Positions 7,726 to 15,702 of a DNA stretch of 64,000 nt are shown piece by piece. The notes beneath the pieces are model-generated. The model ran no database searches and was not told the origin of the DNA. It worked only from the letters and a program-made list of their open reading frames with translations. The DNA is taken from the sequence record PV261924.1. One strand, 5' to 3'. The position numbers were made by a program, and so were the translations under genes. Positions within the stretch are counted from its first letter, which is position 1. Every line of letters starts with the position of its first letter.

Positions 7726-8054
7726 TATCGTAAGTAAAGATAACCACCTGCCCAATCAGCACGTTCATAACATTGTTCGCGTGATTCAATCCTCAGAAGA
7801 TTGTAACGAACACCTTTGGCTGGTGCTTTGAATGATGCAGGTTTGTAAACATCACCAGTCTTCTTATCAACAAAGGCATGAACACTGCGGGAGTTACCAT
7901 CAGTCTCCATGATCAGTTTGTGATACTTACGACCAGATTCAATGTAAAACTTGTAACCATCAGACTTGTAATTGTTACGGCGAAGGAAATCTTCCATCAA
8001 CACACCGCAAAGAATGTTAGCGTGTTTCTCAACAATTTGTGTGGGAGTGATCAT
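7725..8054 (-). CDS. cyanophage-type hypothetical protein (GRKYHKL...SVHAFVDKKTGDVYKPAS..APAK)
   Basis: ORF track; downstream of repeat copy 8077. Confidence 0.8.
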   Translation of the reverse strand: MITPTQIVEKHANILCGVLMEDFLRRNNYKSDGYKFYIESGRKYHKLIMETDGNSRSVHAFVDKKTGDVYKPASFKAPAKGVRYNLLRIESREQCYERADWAGGYLYLR

Positions 8055-8211
8055 AGCTTTGTGTGGTTACACTATTGTGGACCTTTGGAGGTGAGTAATT
8101 CTGAAGACCGACGATTGATGGCGGCTACTTCTACACTACTACAAGGAATCAGAACCTTTTGATTTACCCACACAATCTTGCGGGTGGTAATATCTGATGC
8201 CATATTGTAAG

Positions 8212-8532
8212 TCATTCAAGTTCCTCCACAGGGTTGGCGTAAAGATCATTCTCTGTGGTCACATCAGTGAACACATCTTCATCATCATCAGAAAATACCA
8301 GATACAAAATCTCATCATTATCCTTGACATTCCACTCTTGATAGAGAGAAATAATGTCACCAGATACCCTATCTTTATTTTTCTTCTTCTCTAAAGATTT
8401 ACCTAGTTTCTTGATACGTTTCTCATATGAATCTTGCTGATCATTGGCAAGATATTCAACTCTGTCAAGATTGAAGACAAACTTATTACCTTCAATCTCA
8501 AAGGTTTCGGAATTTGCGGTATCGAAATTCAT
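8212..8532 (-). CDS. hypothetical protein, 106 aa
   Basis: ORF track; own promoter at 8554-8581. Confidence 0.75.
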   Translation of the reverse strand: MNFDTANSETFEIEGNKFVFNLDRVEYLANDQQDSYEKRIKKLGKSLEKKKNKDRVSGDIISLYQEWNVKDNDEILYLVFSDDDEDVFTDVTTENDLYANPVEELE

Positions 8533-8553
8533 AATAATAATGTGGTTAATTCA

Positions 8554-8589
8554 ATTGTATCCTATAAACTACCGATGTCAATCGGTAGT
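8554..8589 (-). promoter_or_regulatory. sigma70-like promoter with a palindrome centred on the -35
   Basis: TTGACA (8576-8581), 16 bp, TACAAT (8554-8559); inverted repeat ACTACCGAT-N4-ATCGGTAGT. Confidence 0.6.
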
Positions 8590-8781
8590 GGTTGCTTTAC
8601 CCACAAGAGATGGGCCTTTCCAAACCAAACCATCTTCTTCCCATTTACTGATAAAGGCACGACGAAGCATCATCAGTTCATCATATCGTGATTGTTGAGA
8701 TGACGTATAGTTGAAGTTTTGTGCCCTCCAAGTCTTACGCAGTTCTTGAAGTTCACGGATGATTTGAGAAGAGTTGTTCAT
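8578..8781 (-). CDS. cyanophage-type hypothetical protein (likely start MNNSSQII)
   Basis: ORF track 8578..8895; ATG at 8781 lies just downstream of repeat copy 8803. Confidence 0.75.
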   Translation of the reverse strand: MNNSSQIIRELQELRKTWRAQNFNYTSSQQSRYDELMMLRRAFISKWEEDGLVWKGPSLVGKATTTD

Positions 8782-8824
8782 GATTTGACTGGTTACAATA
8801 AAGTGGACGTTTGGAGGTGAGTAA

Positions 8825-9376
8825 TTATGAACCGAGACAGAATTGTCTGAGTTTCCGAGTAATAGAGGGTGCAGTGATGTCTTCCGACACAACATATGCC
8901 TCTAATTCTTCCAGAATAGTATCTTCATGAAGACCCTTGGCTTTCAGTCGCGAACGTAACTGAGCAAGACGTTCTTCATCATAAGATGGAGACAAAGACA
9001 AGAATTTAGCAAGTTCTTCTTCATTGAACATCGTTGTAGTTTTACCATCAGCAATATAACCACTTGCACAATCTTGGATTACATGATGTGCCTCATGTCG
9101 CAGTGTGTTGTAGTCATTCTCGGTCCATTTGTATTGTTTATTTGAACCTGGAATCATCTTGTCTTGACAGATAACTAACATTCCAGAATAAGGATAGTAA
9201 ATACCATCCATTTTCTTTCTGTCATTACAATGATTGAGATGATTGACCAATGTAACTACACCAAGGTCTTGCAAAGTGTTCCACAATTCATTATGGTCAT
9301 CATGAATGTCAGCCTTGGCAATACCAGGAGTGAGAACTGCGGTTGCTGCGAGAAGAGAAAGAAATAGTTTTTTCAT
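8825..9376 (-). CDS. exported HExxH zincin-like protein
   Basis: signal peptide MKKLFLSLLAATAVLTPGIAKA; RHEAHHVIQDC motif. Confidence 0.7.
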   Translation of the reverse strand: MKKLFLSLLAATAVLTPGIAKADIHDDHNELWNTLQDLGVVTLVNHLNHCNDRKKMDGIYYPYSGMLVICQDKMIPGSNKQYKWTENDYNTLRHEAHHVIQDCASGYIADGKTTTMFNEEELAKFLSLSPSYDEERLAQLRSRLKAKGLHEDTILEELEAYVVSEDITAPSITRKLRQFCLGS

Positions 9377-9381
9377 GTTAA

Positions 9382-9633
9382 TCAGAAGTCAGGTCCAAGA
9401 ATTTCCATAAGATCAGCAGGATCAGTACTGCCGAGATAAGTCTCAGTAAAGAGAATTGCTAGTTCTCTACTACCAAACTCAATCTCTACATTATCCCAGA
9501 TCCTGTCATTATATACTTTGACAGTGATAGGTTGAACACCCGATTCTTCAATTGTTTCAGAAATATTATAATAAATGTCATCACCATCACTACAATCAAA
9601 GTCATAAGTGACTTTTACAGTTGACATAATCAT
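9382..9633 (-). CDS. acidic hypothetical protein
   Basis: ORF track 9382..9696; GGAGG precedes ATG at 9633/9627. Confidence 0.75.
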   Translation of the reverse strand: MIMSTVKVTYDFDCSDGDDIYYNISETIEESGVQPITVKVYNDRIWDNVEIEFGSRELAILFTETYLGSTDPADLMEILGPDF

Positions 9634-9830
9634 TTTGATTCCTCCAGAGTAATAGTACGATACTGATTGACAATGGTCTCTAGTTCCATAACACAATGTT
9701 GCATTGTGGCACGAGAGTAACCAGTAGCATAAGGATAACCCTGATCAGGGTTATTCAATGCATCATGTGATACATTCACTCCATCTTGAAGACTTTCGAT
9801 GATTGTGATTAGTTTGGTGTCGATGTTCAT
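9630..9830 (-). CDS. hypothetical protein (likely start MNIDTKL)
   Basis: ORF track 9630..9869; start placed after the terminator. Confidence 0.7.
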   Translation of the reverse strand: MNIDTKLITIIESLQDGVNVSHDALNNPDQGYPYATGYSRATMQHCVMELETIVNQYRTITLEESK

Positions 9831-9840
9831 GATAGGTAAT

Positions 9841-9879
9841 AAAAAACCGCTGTAGGGGATCAGAGACACCTTACAGCGG
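9841..9879 (-). terminator. intrinsic terminator
   Basis: CCGCTGTAAGG-loop-CCCTACAGCGG followed by T6, just after the stop of 9887..10096. Confidence 0.7.
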
Positions 9880-9886
9880 AGAATAG

Positions 9887-10096
9887 TCAGACAGTGGTCT
9901 TAGGACCAAACTCACGTTGATAAGAATCTTTCACATACTCAACAGTTTGTTGAATGAAAGGCTTGACATAATCAACGAGTTGTTTTACATCTTCAATGAG
10001 CTTGTTAGTCTCATACTGATGAATCTCCCAACGTACTTTGATGTCGGCAAGATACTGTTGACGAGTAATAAGAACTTGAGGAGTGGTTTGAGTCAT
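9887..10096 (-). CDS. cyanophage-type hypothetical protein, 69 aa
   Basis: ORF track; downstream of repeat copy 10120. Confidence 0.8.
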   Translation of the reverse strand: MTQTTPQVLITRQQYLADIKVRWEIHQYETNKLIEDVKQLVDYVKPFIQQTVEYVKDSYQREFGPKTTV

Positions 10097-10146
10097 AGAA
10101 GTGTGGTCTCTACACTATAGGGGACATTTGGAGGTGAGTAATTCTG

Positions 10147-10347
10147 TCACCGCTTCTTTTTCTTGAGTTTGTTAATCAATGTCATCGCAGATTGTCTGTT
10201 ACGACATACTTTAACAATGTTACCATTGTGAACAACAACAAGTTTAGTTGTTGAACCAGCCAATGGAATTGCAGCCAGGTAACCATCACCCACGATAATA
10301 GGTAATGTTCCTGGTTTACAATCAAGGATGTGTGAGTTAGTAAACAT
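10147..10347 (-). CDS. hypothetical protein, 66 aa
   Basis: ORF track; coupled to the helicase stop. Confidence 0.7.
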   Translation of the reverse strand: MFTNSHILDCKPGTLPIIVGDGYLAAIPLAGSTTKLVVVHNGNIVKVCRNRQSAMTLINKLKKKKR

Positions 10348-11525
10348 TAGCGACGAGTAACTGAGTCGTACATTTCACCTTTCTCGAAGACAATATCAAC
10401 ACAACGTTGTAGTGCCTTCTCGGTAGATACACCGACATTGTTGTAAACGGGGACACACAGCATACCGTAGGTTTTGGTAGAAGAACCCACACGAATCACA
10501 CGACCAACAGTTTGAAGAAGCTCAATACTGTCCATGTTACGGAGGAAGATAACCGCCTCAAGTTCAGACACGTTGATACCTTCAGACAGAATAGAACGGT
10601 GAAGGACAACAAACTTCTTTGACTTGTCACGACCCCATGCATTCAGAGTATTGAAAAACTCTTCACGGGTCACTTTCTGACCATCGATAACAGCACCAGT
10701 CTTGGCGGTGATATACAGATAAGAGTAACCACGTTCTGTCAACTGATCAGCAAAATCAGTCATGAACAGGTTCTGCAACTGTCGTGTGGTCTTAACACAA
10801 ACCAGAATCTTCTTGATGTCAATCTGGTCAATAGATGCGAGGACATTGTTACCCTCAAGGTGAGGAGTGAGAGACTTTTTGTCAATCTTGTCCATCTCAA
10901 TCACCTTGACCTTAGGTGGAAGAATGTAACCATTCTGAACCAGATCAGGTGCAGACACACGTGCAATCACTTGACCATAAGTCTCAGTCCAGTTCATGCC
11001 TGGTTTCTTCACAGTCACACTGGTTTTACGAGTTGCAGTGAAGTAGTAACAACGATCTGCATGTTTACTGAAATACTCAGTGGGACCGTAGAAGTTACGT
11101 TGAACAGAGTTATGTGCCTCGTCAAAGTAAATCGTATCTACAGCAATACCAGACTCTTGTACACGATGAAGAGAATGATATGTGGTGAAGATAATAACGT
11201 GTTCACGCATAGTTTGACACATATCAACAAATAATTTGATACGGTCAGACTTAGTGGTACTGAAATGTTTTGTCTCTCCACTATGAACATGGAGAACATT
11301 TGCATTGGTGATATGTTCCAGATACTCTGATGACAGTTGTTCTGCCAACAGAATACGAGGAGCGACAACAACAATAGTGCGAGGAACTTTTATCTCAAAT
11401 CGTCTCACTGCGTCCATGATAGCGATAAGAGTCTTGCCGCCACCAGTAGGAACAATGATTTGACCGATAGAGTTATTACGAAGAGCGTAAACAGCGTCCT
11501 GTTGATGAGGGCGGAGTTTGATCAT
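10347..11525 (-). CDS. superfamily 2 (DEAH) helicase, type III restriction Res-like
   Basis: motifs PTGGGKT (I), APRILL (Ia), DEAH (II), TAT (III), LSEGINV (V), QTVGRVIR (VI). Confidence 0.9.
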   Translation of the reverse strand: MIKLRPHQQDAVYALRNNSIGQIIVPTGGGKTLIAIMDAVRRFEIKVPRTIVVVAPRILLAEQLSSEYLEHITNANVLHVHSGETKHFSTTKSDRIKLFVDMCQTMREHVIIFTTYHSLHRVQESGIAVDTIYFDEAHNSVQRNFYGPTEYFSKHADRCYYFTATRKTSVTVKKPGMNWTETYGQVIARVSAPDLVQNGYILPPKVKVIEMDKIDKKSLTPHLEGNNVLASIDQIDIKKILVCVKTTRQLQNLFMTDFADQLTERGYSYLYITAKTGAVIDGQKVTREEFFNTLNAWGRDKSKKFVVLHRSILSEGINVSELEAVIFLRNMDSIELLQTVGRVIRVGSSTKTYGMLCVPVYNNVGVSTEKALQRCVDIVFEKGEMYDSVTRR

Positions 11526-11568
11526 TTATGTGGTGTATGTAATAGTGTGGACGTTTGAAGGTGAGTAA

Positions 11569-12450
11569 TTATGAACCGAACCCATTATGGAAGTTAGCAT
11601 ATGCAAACTCGGTACGATCTACCAGTTTAACACATCCATAGGTGTTAGAGTGGAAAACATATCCTTCACCACCACATTTCTTACCATTAGGAAGATAAGA
11701 TTGTGGTGCGTCGGTGACAATCAGACTGTCCATAATATCCAGTTTGATTTCCATCACAAACTGATACAGATTAGCGAGATGTTGACAACCAAGAATGTCA
11801 GTCAGGGTTGCGTCATCAATATACTGACCAGATTTGATGAGTGCGTTGATAGCAGTCTTAGCCTTAGCAGCTTCCTTATCAGTCAGAAACTTGATACCCT
11901 TAGGGTTAATCTTAGGGACAGATCCTTGGGGAGGAATACGATCAACAGAAGGTTGCACCCACTTGACCATAGTGGTGTCTTCAAATGTTTCCATCAAAGG
12001 TGAACACACATTCTTCCACATTTCCTCATGAACGTCAACAACTGTGTGAGGAGCGATTACAAGTTTCTGGTCAATTGCTTCGTCAAAGACATACGTCAGA
12101 GTGTTCTGAGTAAACACATCAGTACGACCGAAACCAAGCCAATCACCCCAGTAAATCTTCTCGGTACGAGGAAGATACTTGAAACAATGAGAGAGAATAT
12201 CTACAACTTCGATTTGATGACCAAAATGGGTGAAGATGTCGTCCATTGAGTAACACAGACGGATCTTTTTCTTATTAAATGCGGACTTCGTGCAACAGAA
12301 CCATTTACCATTGGCAGGATTAGTACCCCACACAAGTGACATACCATCCATTTTCATACTGATATGTGCTCGGTCATACAGAAGATCAAAGACCGACAAA
12401 TCGCCAGTCAAAATGCAGTCCTCTGGGTGCTCAATATGTGTGGAAGTCAT
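11569..12450 (-). CDS. phage protein with ATP-dependent ligase/nucleotidyltransferase-like motifs
   Basis: KMDG (motif I), YWGD (III-like), EGYVF (IV), VKLV (V). Confidence 0.55.
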   Translation of the reverse strand: MTSTHIEHPEDCILTGDLSVFDLLYDRAHISMKMDGMSLVWGTNPANGKWFCCTKSAFNKKKIRLCYSMDDIFTHFGHQIEVVDILSHCFKYLPRTEKIYWGDWLGFGRTDVFTQNTLTYVFDEAIDQKLVIAPHTVVDVHEEMWKNVCSPLMETFEDTTMVKWVQPSVDRIPPQGSVPKINPKGIKFLTDKEAAKAKTAINALIKSGQYIDDATLTDILGCQHLANLYQFVMEIKLDIMDSLIVTDAPQSYLPNGKKCGGEGYVFHSNTYGCVKLVDRTEFAYANFHNGFGS

Positions 12451-12501
12451 AATTTAGTGTGGTCTCGTACTATAGATGACCTTTCAAGGTGAGTAATTGC
12501 G

Positions 12502-12645
12502 TCAGGGGAGAACTACCCAGACTTTGTTACCATTTTTCATTGTAGTATGGTTATCAACATATTGTTTTGCTCTCGCAATTGTCATACCATGGTTAGTTCT
12601 CAGATAAGATCTTGCTTCTGTGACTGTATTAAACAGTCGCATCAT
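12502..12645 (-). CDS. hypothetical protein, 47 aa (MMRLFNTVTEARSYL...)
   Basis: hand-translated; stop 3 nt before repeat copy 12475. Confidence 0.6.
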   Translation of the reverse strand: MMRLFNTVTEARSYLRTNHGMTIARAKQYVDNHTTMKNGNKVWVVLP

Positions 12646-12653
12646 CTTCTGTG

Positions 12654-13316
12654 TCATTTTAGAGCCTTTGCAGCAGCATGTGCTTTTGCGGTCAGTTGAA
12701 TTGCCTCTTTCTTGTTTGGTTTTCTACCATGTTTCTTCTCAAAGTCAGCACGAAGTTGTGACTTTACATCTTTTCTACTCTTACCTGTCTCTTTATTACG
12801 AGCAGCATCTCTTTCTTTTCTTGTCATACCACCACCATCGTCAGTCTTCCAACTACGACGTGCTTTTGCTGGTTCAGTCTTCTTAGGTTCTGCCTTCTTA
12901 GTCTTCAACATCTGAGTTGCTTTCTTTTCAGCATCTTTAGTTGATGTGGTGTCTTTCTTAACTTCAGTACCTGCCTTTCTTGCAGCAATACGTGCTCTTG
13001 CTGCTGCCTTTCTTTCTGCCTTTGCCTTATCCGCATAAGTTTGTTTGACTTCTGCAGAACCACGTTCTTTTTCAGGTTGTTGTTCTCTTTCAGAACGTGC
13101 CTTAGTTGTACCTACGTCTTTACGAGTCTTATATTCACCAACAGGTGCCATCTTACCACCACCAACTGCCTTCATTCGTGGTGATTGACCAGCCTTTCTT
13201 CTTGTTTCAGTTTCTCTCTTAGGTTGTTTCCTACCACCTTCACCAGTTCTACGAATCTGTGCACCTTTGAGGTCAGGATCGTATGCTTCTGATAGGAAAT
13301 CTCTTAATGTTTTCAT
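12654..13316 (-). CDS. Lys/Arg-rich protein, probable capsid internal protein
   Basis: N-terminus MKTLRDFLSE resembles the T4 IP capsid-targeting sequence MKTYQEFIAE; very basic body. Confidence 0.6.
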   Translation of the reverse strand: MKTLRDFLSEAYDPDLKGAQIRRTGEGGRKQPKRETETRRKAGQSPRMKAVGGGKMAPVGEYKTRKDVGTTKARSEREQQPEKERGSAEVKQTYADKAKAERKAAARARIAARKAGTEVKKDTTSTKDAEKKATQMLKTKKAEPKKTEPAKARRSWKTDDGGGMTRKERDAARNKETGKSRKDVKSQLRADFEKKHGRKPNKKEAIQLTAKAHAAAKALK

Positions 13317-13504
13317 TCTTCTACAACTGTAGCATTTTTGAACCCACCAGTTTTACCATCAACGTTGGCAACCTTTGCATCTAAACCCTCACGGGTTGCA
13401 TAAGTTACTTTTTCTGATGATTGATCAGACCATCTATTACCACCAGCATAATATACTGTAATACTAGGATCAATCAATGATGGTTTAGTTGCGTAAAAGG
13501 CCAT
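13313..13504 (-). CDS. small late protein, 63 aa
   Basis: ORF track; late promoter immediately upstream. Confidence 0.75.
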   Translation of the reverse strand: MAFYATKPSLIDPSITVYYAGGNRWSDQSSEKVTYATREGLDAKVANVDGKTGGFKNATVVEE

Positions 13505-13510
13505 GATTGG

Positions 13511-13539
13511 AGGGTGATAATATGATTATTTATCACCCT
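13511..13539 (-). promoter_or_regulatory. late promoter ATAAATA (13527-13533) embedded in a perfect 10-bp hairpin
   Basis: AGGGTGATAA (13511-13520) / TTATCACCCT (13530-13539); hairpin ends 6 nt from the AUG at 13504. Confidence 0.65.
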
Positions 13540-13547
13540 TGGTATTA

Positions 13548-13724
13548 TCAGGAGAAGAAACAGTCAGGCACTGACAAGTCTTCCACATAAGCCTCGATAG
13601 ATTCATTACCCTGAACATCAAGAACTTTTTCCCAATCGATATTATGAGGATTGAAATCGTCCATTACATCTAACTCGAGCGTGACACGATACTTGGTCTT
13701 TTGAGGAAGATAAGTGGCAGACAT
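13548..13724 (-). CDS. small cyanophage-type protein, 58 aa (MSATYLPQKTKYRVTLELDV...)
   Basis: hand-translated; CAGGAG upstream of the start. Confidence 0.7.
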   Translation of the reverse strand: MSATYLPQKTKYRVTLELDVMDDFNPHNIDWEKVLDVQGNESIEAYVEDLSVPDCFFS

Positions 13725-13758
13725 GAGAACTCCTGATTGACTACCTTAAAACTATAGT

Positions 13759-13968
13759 CTATTTAGGAGCAGGTGTCAAGGGAATCGTGCCAGTGTTACA
13801 ACTGTCTACTGAGTTCCAGTGACGTGCGACACCAGCGACAATAAAACAGTTTGTGATGAAATAAGTAACAAAAACCACAGTCCTAATGACAGCGATATAA
13901 TCAGCTTCCCTATCCGTTCGTCCATCTTTTCTACCTAATGCAAGTGACCATATTCTCCACATTACCAA
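13759..13968 (-). CDS. small membrane protein (WRIWSLALGRKDGRTDREAD)
   Basis: ORF track; one TM segment. Confidence 0.75.
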   Translation of the reverse strand: MVMWRIWSLALGRKDGRTDREADYIAVIRTVVFVTYFITNCFIVAGVARHWNSVDSCNTGTIPLTPAPK

Positions 13969-14162
13969 CCAGGAGGAACGACGACAATATCTTTATAGTA
14001 ATCCATATTATACCAATAACAATCTAAAAGACGAAGTTCATCTGTGGGATTAAGAATATCGTATGGATTTAATTGAGTAAATTCACTACAATGTTGAATA
14101 ATTTCTTGTGGAACTTCAATCTCTCTCCAAGTGATTGGTTCTTGAATATAAATTGGAATCAT
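13962..14162 (-). CDS. hypothetical protein, 66 aa
   Basis: ORF track. Confidence 0.7.
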   Translation of the reverse strand: MIPIYIQEPITWREIEVPQEIIQHCSEFTQLNPYDILNPTDELRLLDCYWYNMDYYKDIVVVPPGW

Positions 14163-14830
14163 TTAATGTAACCATTTTCTAACAACCACTCTTTAGTCTT
14201 TGGTGTTGGTGTATATGTTTCCCACATATTACCTTTGGCACAAGCAGTCAATGCTTTTTGTGTCATTCCTTCAGTACGTCCTGCCCATTGTGCTTCTGCC
14301 TCCCAGGGCACTGCGGATGCGGGATAGGTACGTTCTACCATCACACGCCACAACATAGGAACATCTTCTTCAGGTAGAATAATTGCAATCAAACTATTCT
14401 TGATTGTTCCAGCCATACAATCCTGTGCGGCATGCCATCCTTCATGTCTCATCAACTGCATCAAGACACTTGGATCACCCATATAATCTTTATTCAGGTA
14501 GAAATTATTAGTTACAGTGTGATATACACCACGATGATTCTTTGGAAAATATTTTTGATCTGCTAGATATACATTGACACCAATTTGATTCAGTGTCATC
14601 AACAGAGTATTAAACTCAAGAGAAACTGATGAAAATTCTTCAGTGTTAGGGTACTGACTTGAAATATCGAGAAGACTAAAGACTTCATCCACGTCTTTTG
14701 TACACTCTCTTACAATCATACAACCCATGGCATCCATGGTATTGTACCCTTTAGTAATCTTTGTCTCATTAGCCATGGCTGGAGGGACGATCAACAGTGA
14801 TAGTCCTAACAAAACATTGCGAATTTTCAT
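14159..14830 (-). CDS. exported HExxH zincin-like protein
   Basis: signal peptide; RHEGWHAAQDC motif; paralogous to 8825..9376. Confidence 0.75.
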   Translation of the reverse strand: MKIRNVLLGLSLLIVPPAMANETKITKGYNTMDAMGCMIVRECTKDVDEVFSLLDISSQYPNTEEFSSVSLEFNTLLMTLNQIGVNVYLADQKYFPKNHRGVYHTVTNNFYLNKDYMGDPSVLMQLMRHEGWHAAQDCMAGTIKNSLIAIILPEEDVPMLWRVMVERTYPASAVPWEAEAQWAGRTEGMTQKALTACAKGNMWETYTPTPKTKEWLLENGYIK

Positions 14831-15068
14831 CTTTAGATTCTCTCGTTTTAATATATTCTAATTCATCCCAAAATTGTGATTGACAGACGACTAGAATGTG
14901 ATCATTACAGTGTAACTTATTTTTGACAATATTACAATAGGGTTTAGGTTTGACACCAACTTCAATGGTAATATAGTCATCACACTTGAAATATACCCAA
15001 CCCTCATCACACAAATTATTGTGATGCCACTTCACATAATCATTAACCTGAACATCAAATGTTTTCAT
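14769..15068 (-). CDS. hypothetical protein (MKTFDVQVNDYVKW...EGWVYFKC)
   Basis: ORF track 14769..15089. Confidence 0.7.
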   Translation of the reverse strand: MKTFDVQVNDYVKWHHNNLCDEGWVYFKCDDYITIEVGVKPKPYCNIVKNKLHCNDHILVVCQSQFWDELEYIKTRESKDENSQCFVRTITVDRPSSHG

Positions 15069-15258
15069 TGTGGATACTTGGTGCTCCAATAAGAGAAATT
15101 GTTTCTTGTTGTTTGAAGTACAGTTTAACGTAACAACGAAGAGCTTCTTTTAACACCACAACATCATTAAGTTCATCAATATCACGCGAAATCTTCTCGT
15201 ATGCAAAAGATTTAGATGGTGATTCTAATGTGATTTGTGATGGGTCTAAGTCTTTCAT
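15055..15258 (-). CDS. hypothetical protein, 67 aa (NblA-like length, not assigned)
   Basis: ORF track. Confidence 0.7.
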   Translation of the reverse strand: MKDLDPSQITLESPSKSFAYEKISRDIDELNDVVVLKEALRCYVKLYFKQQETISLIGAPSIHNENI

Positions 15259-15548
15259 TGAAATGCTGACATGAGTGGATTGAGGTTCAACTGCATGGCA
15301 GAATACGGTGTTGTGTCTTCTGGTTTTACAATTTTACCTATTTTGTCTTTGTGAATAGGAGCTTTAAATTGTTTAGTCTTTTGACAGAAAAAACCCCATA
15401 CTGATTTAGGATGTGGATCTGAACATCCTACGAATTCATATTTACAATTACGAATCCAAATGCGAATTACAGTTTTCGAAAATTGATCGGTCTCGTATTT
15501 GAAACCTTCAGGACACTTGTGAGGAAATTTCATAATCACGTTCTTCAT
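15255..15548 (-). CDS. cyanophage-type hypothetical protein, 97 aa
   Basis: ORF track. Confidence 0.75.
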   Translation of the reverse strand: MKNVIMKFPHKCPEGFKYETDQFSKTVIRIWIRNCKYEFVGCSDPHPKSVWGFFCQKTKQFKAPIHKDKIGKIVKPEDTTPYSAMQLNLNPLMSAFQ

Positions 15549-15702
15549 TTTGATAAGAGTACAGAAGATCTAACATCTTCCGACGCCATTCCATCAATTC
15601 TTCGAAACATTCCTGATTGTGAGCACAACCACGAAGTTTACTGTCTGGTTTGAGGACACTCTCAATCATAAGACCAAGAGCTCTTTTTTCAGGATCAGTC
15701 AT
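15508..15702 (-). CDS. hypothetical protein (likely start MTDPEK)
   Basis: ORF track 15508..15753. Confidence 0.7.
   Translation of the reverse strand: MTDPEKRALGLMIESVLKPDSKLRGCAHNQECFEELMEWRRKMLDLLYSYQNEERDYEISSQVS

Larger units (their letters stand above)
975..12498 (-). repeat. dispersed 24-bp repeat family, 13 copies, probable early promoter/cassette boundary
   Basis: Consensus GTGGACnTTTnRAGGTGAGTAATT (+ strand) starting at 975, 2070, 3610, 4147, 4993, 5667, 6777, 7416, 8077, 8803, 10120, 11547, 12475. AGGTGAGTAA is invariant; 8 of 13 are followed on the minus strand by TATAGT. Confidence 0.95.

Noticed and set aside
8138-8203. 21-aa ORF MASDITTRKIVWVNQKGSDSL
   Set aside because: Too short to support; possibly a truncated gene, but no homologue could be checked
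975-12498. 24-bp repeats as a CRISPR array
   Set aside because: Intervals are 0.5-1.6 kb and contain genes; the repeats are non-palindromic and there are no cas genes
975-12498. AG|GTGAGT matches the spliceosomal 5' splice-site consensus
   Set aside because: Prokaryotic phage context, on the non-coding strand and intergenic; treated as coincidence
15055-15258. Possible NblA (phycobilisome degradation) homologue
   Set aside because: The size and a two-helix pattern are compatible, but I cannot confirm the diagnostic residues without an HMM search
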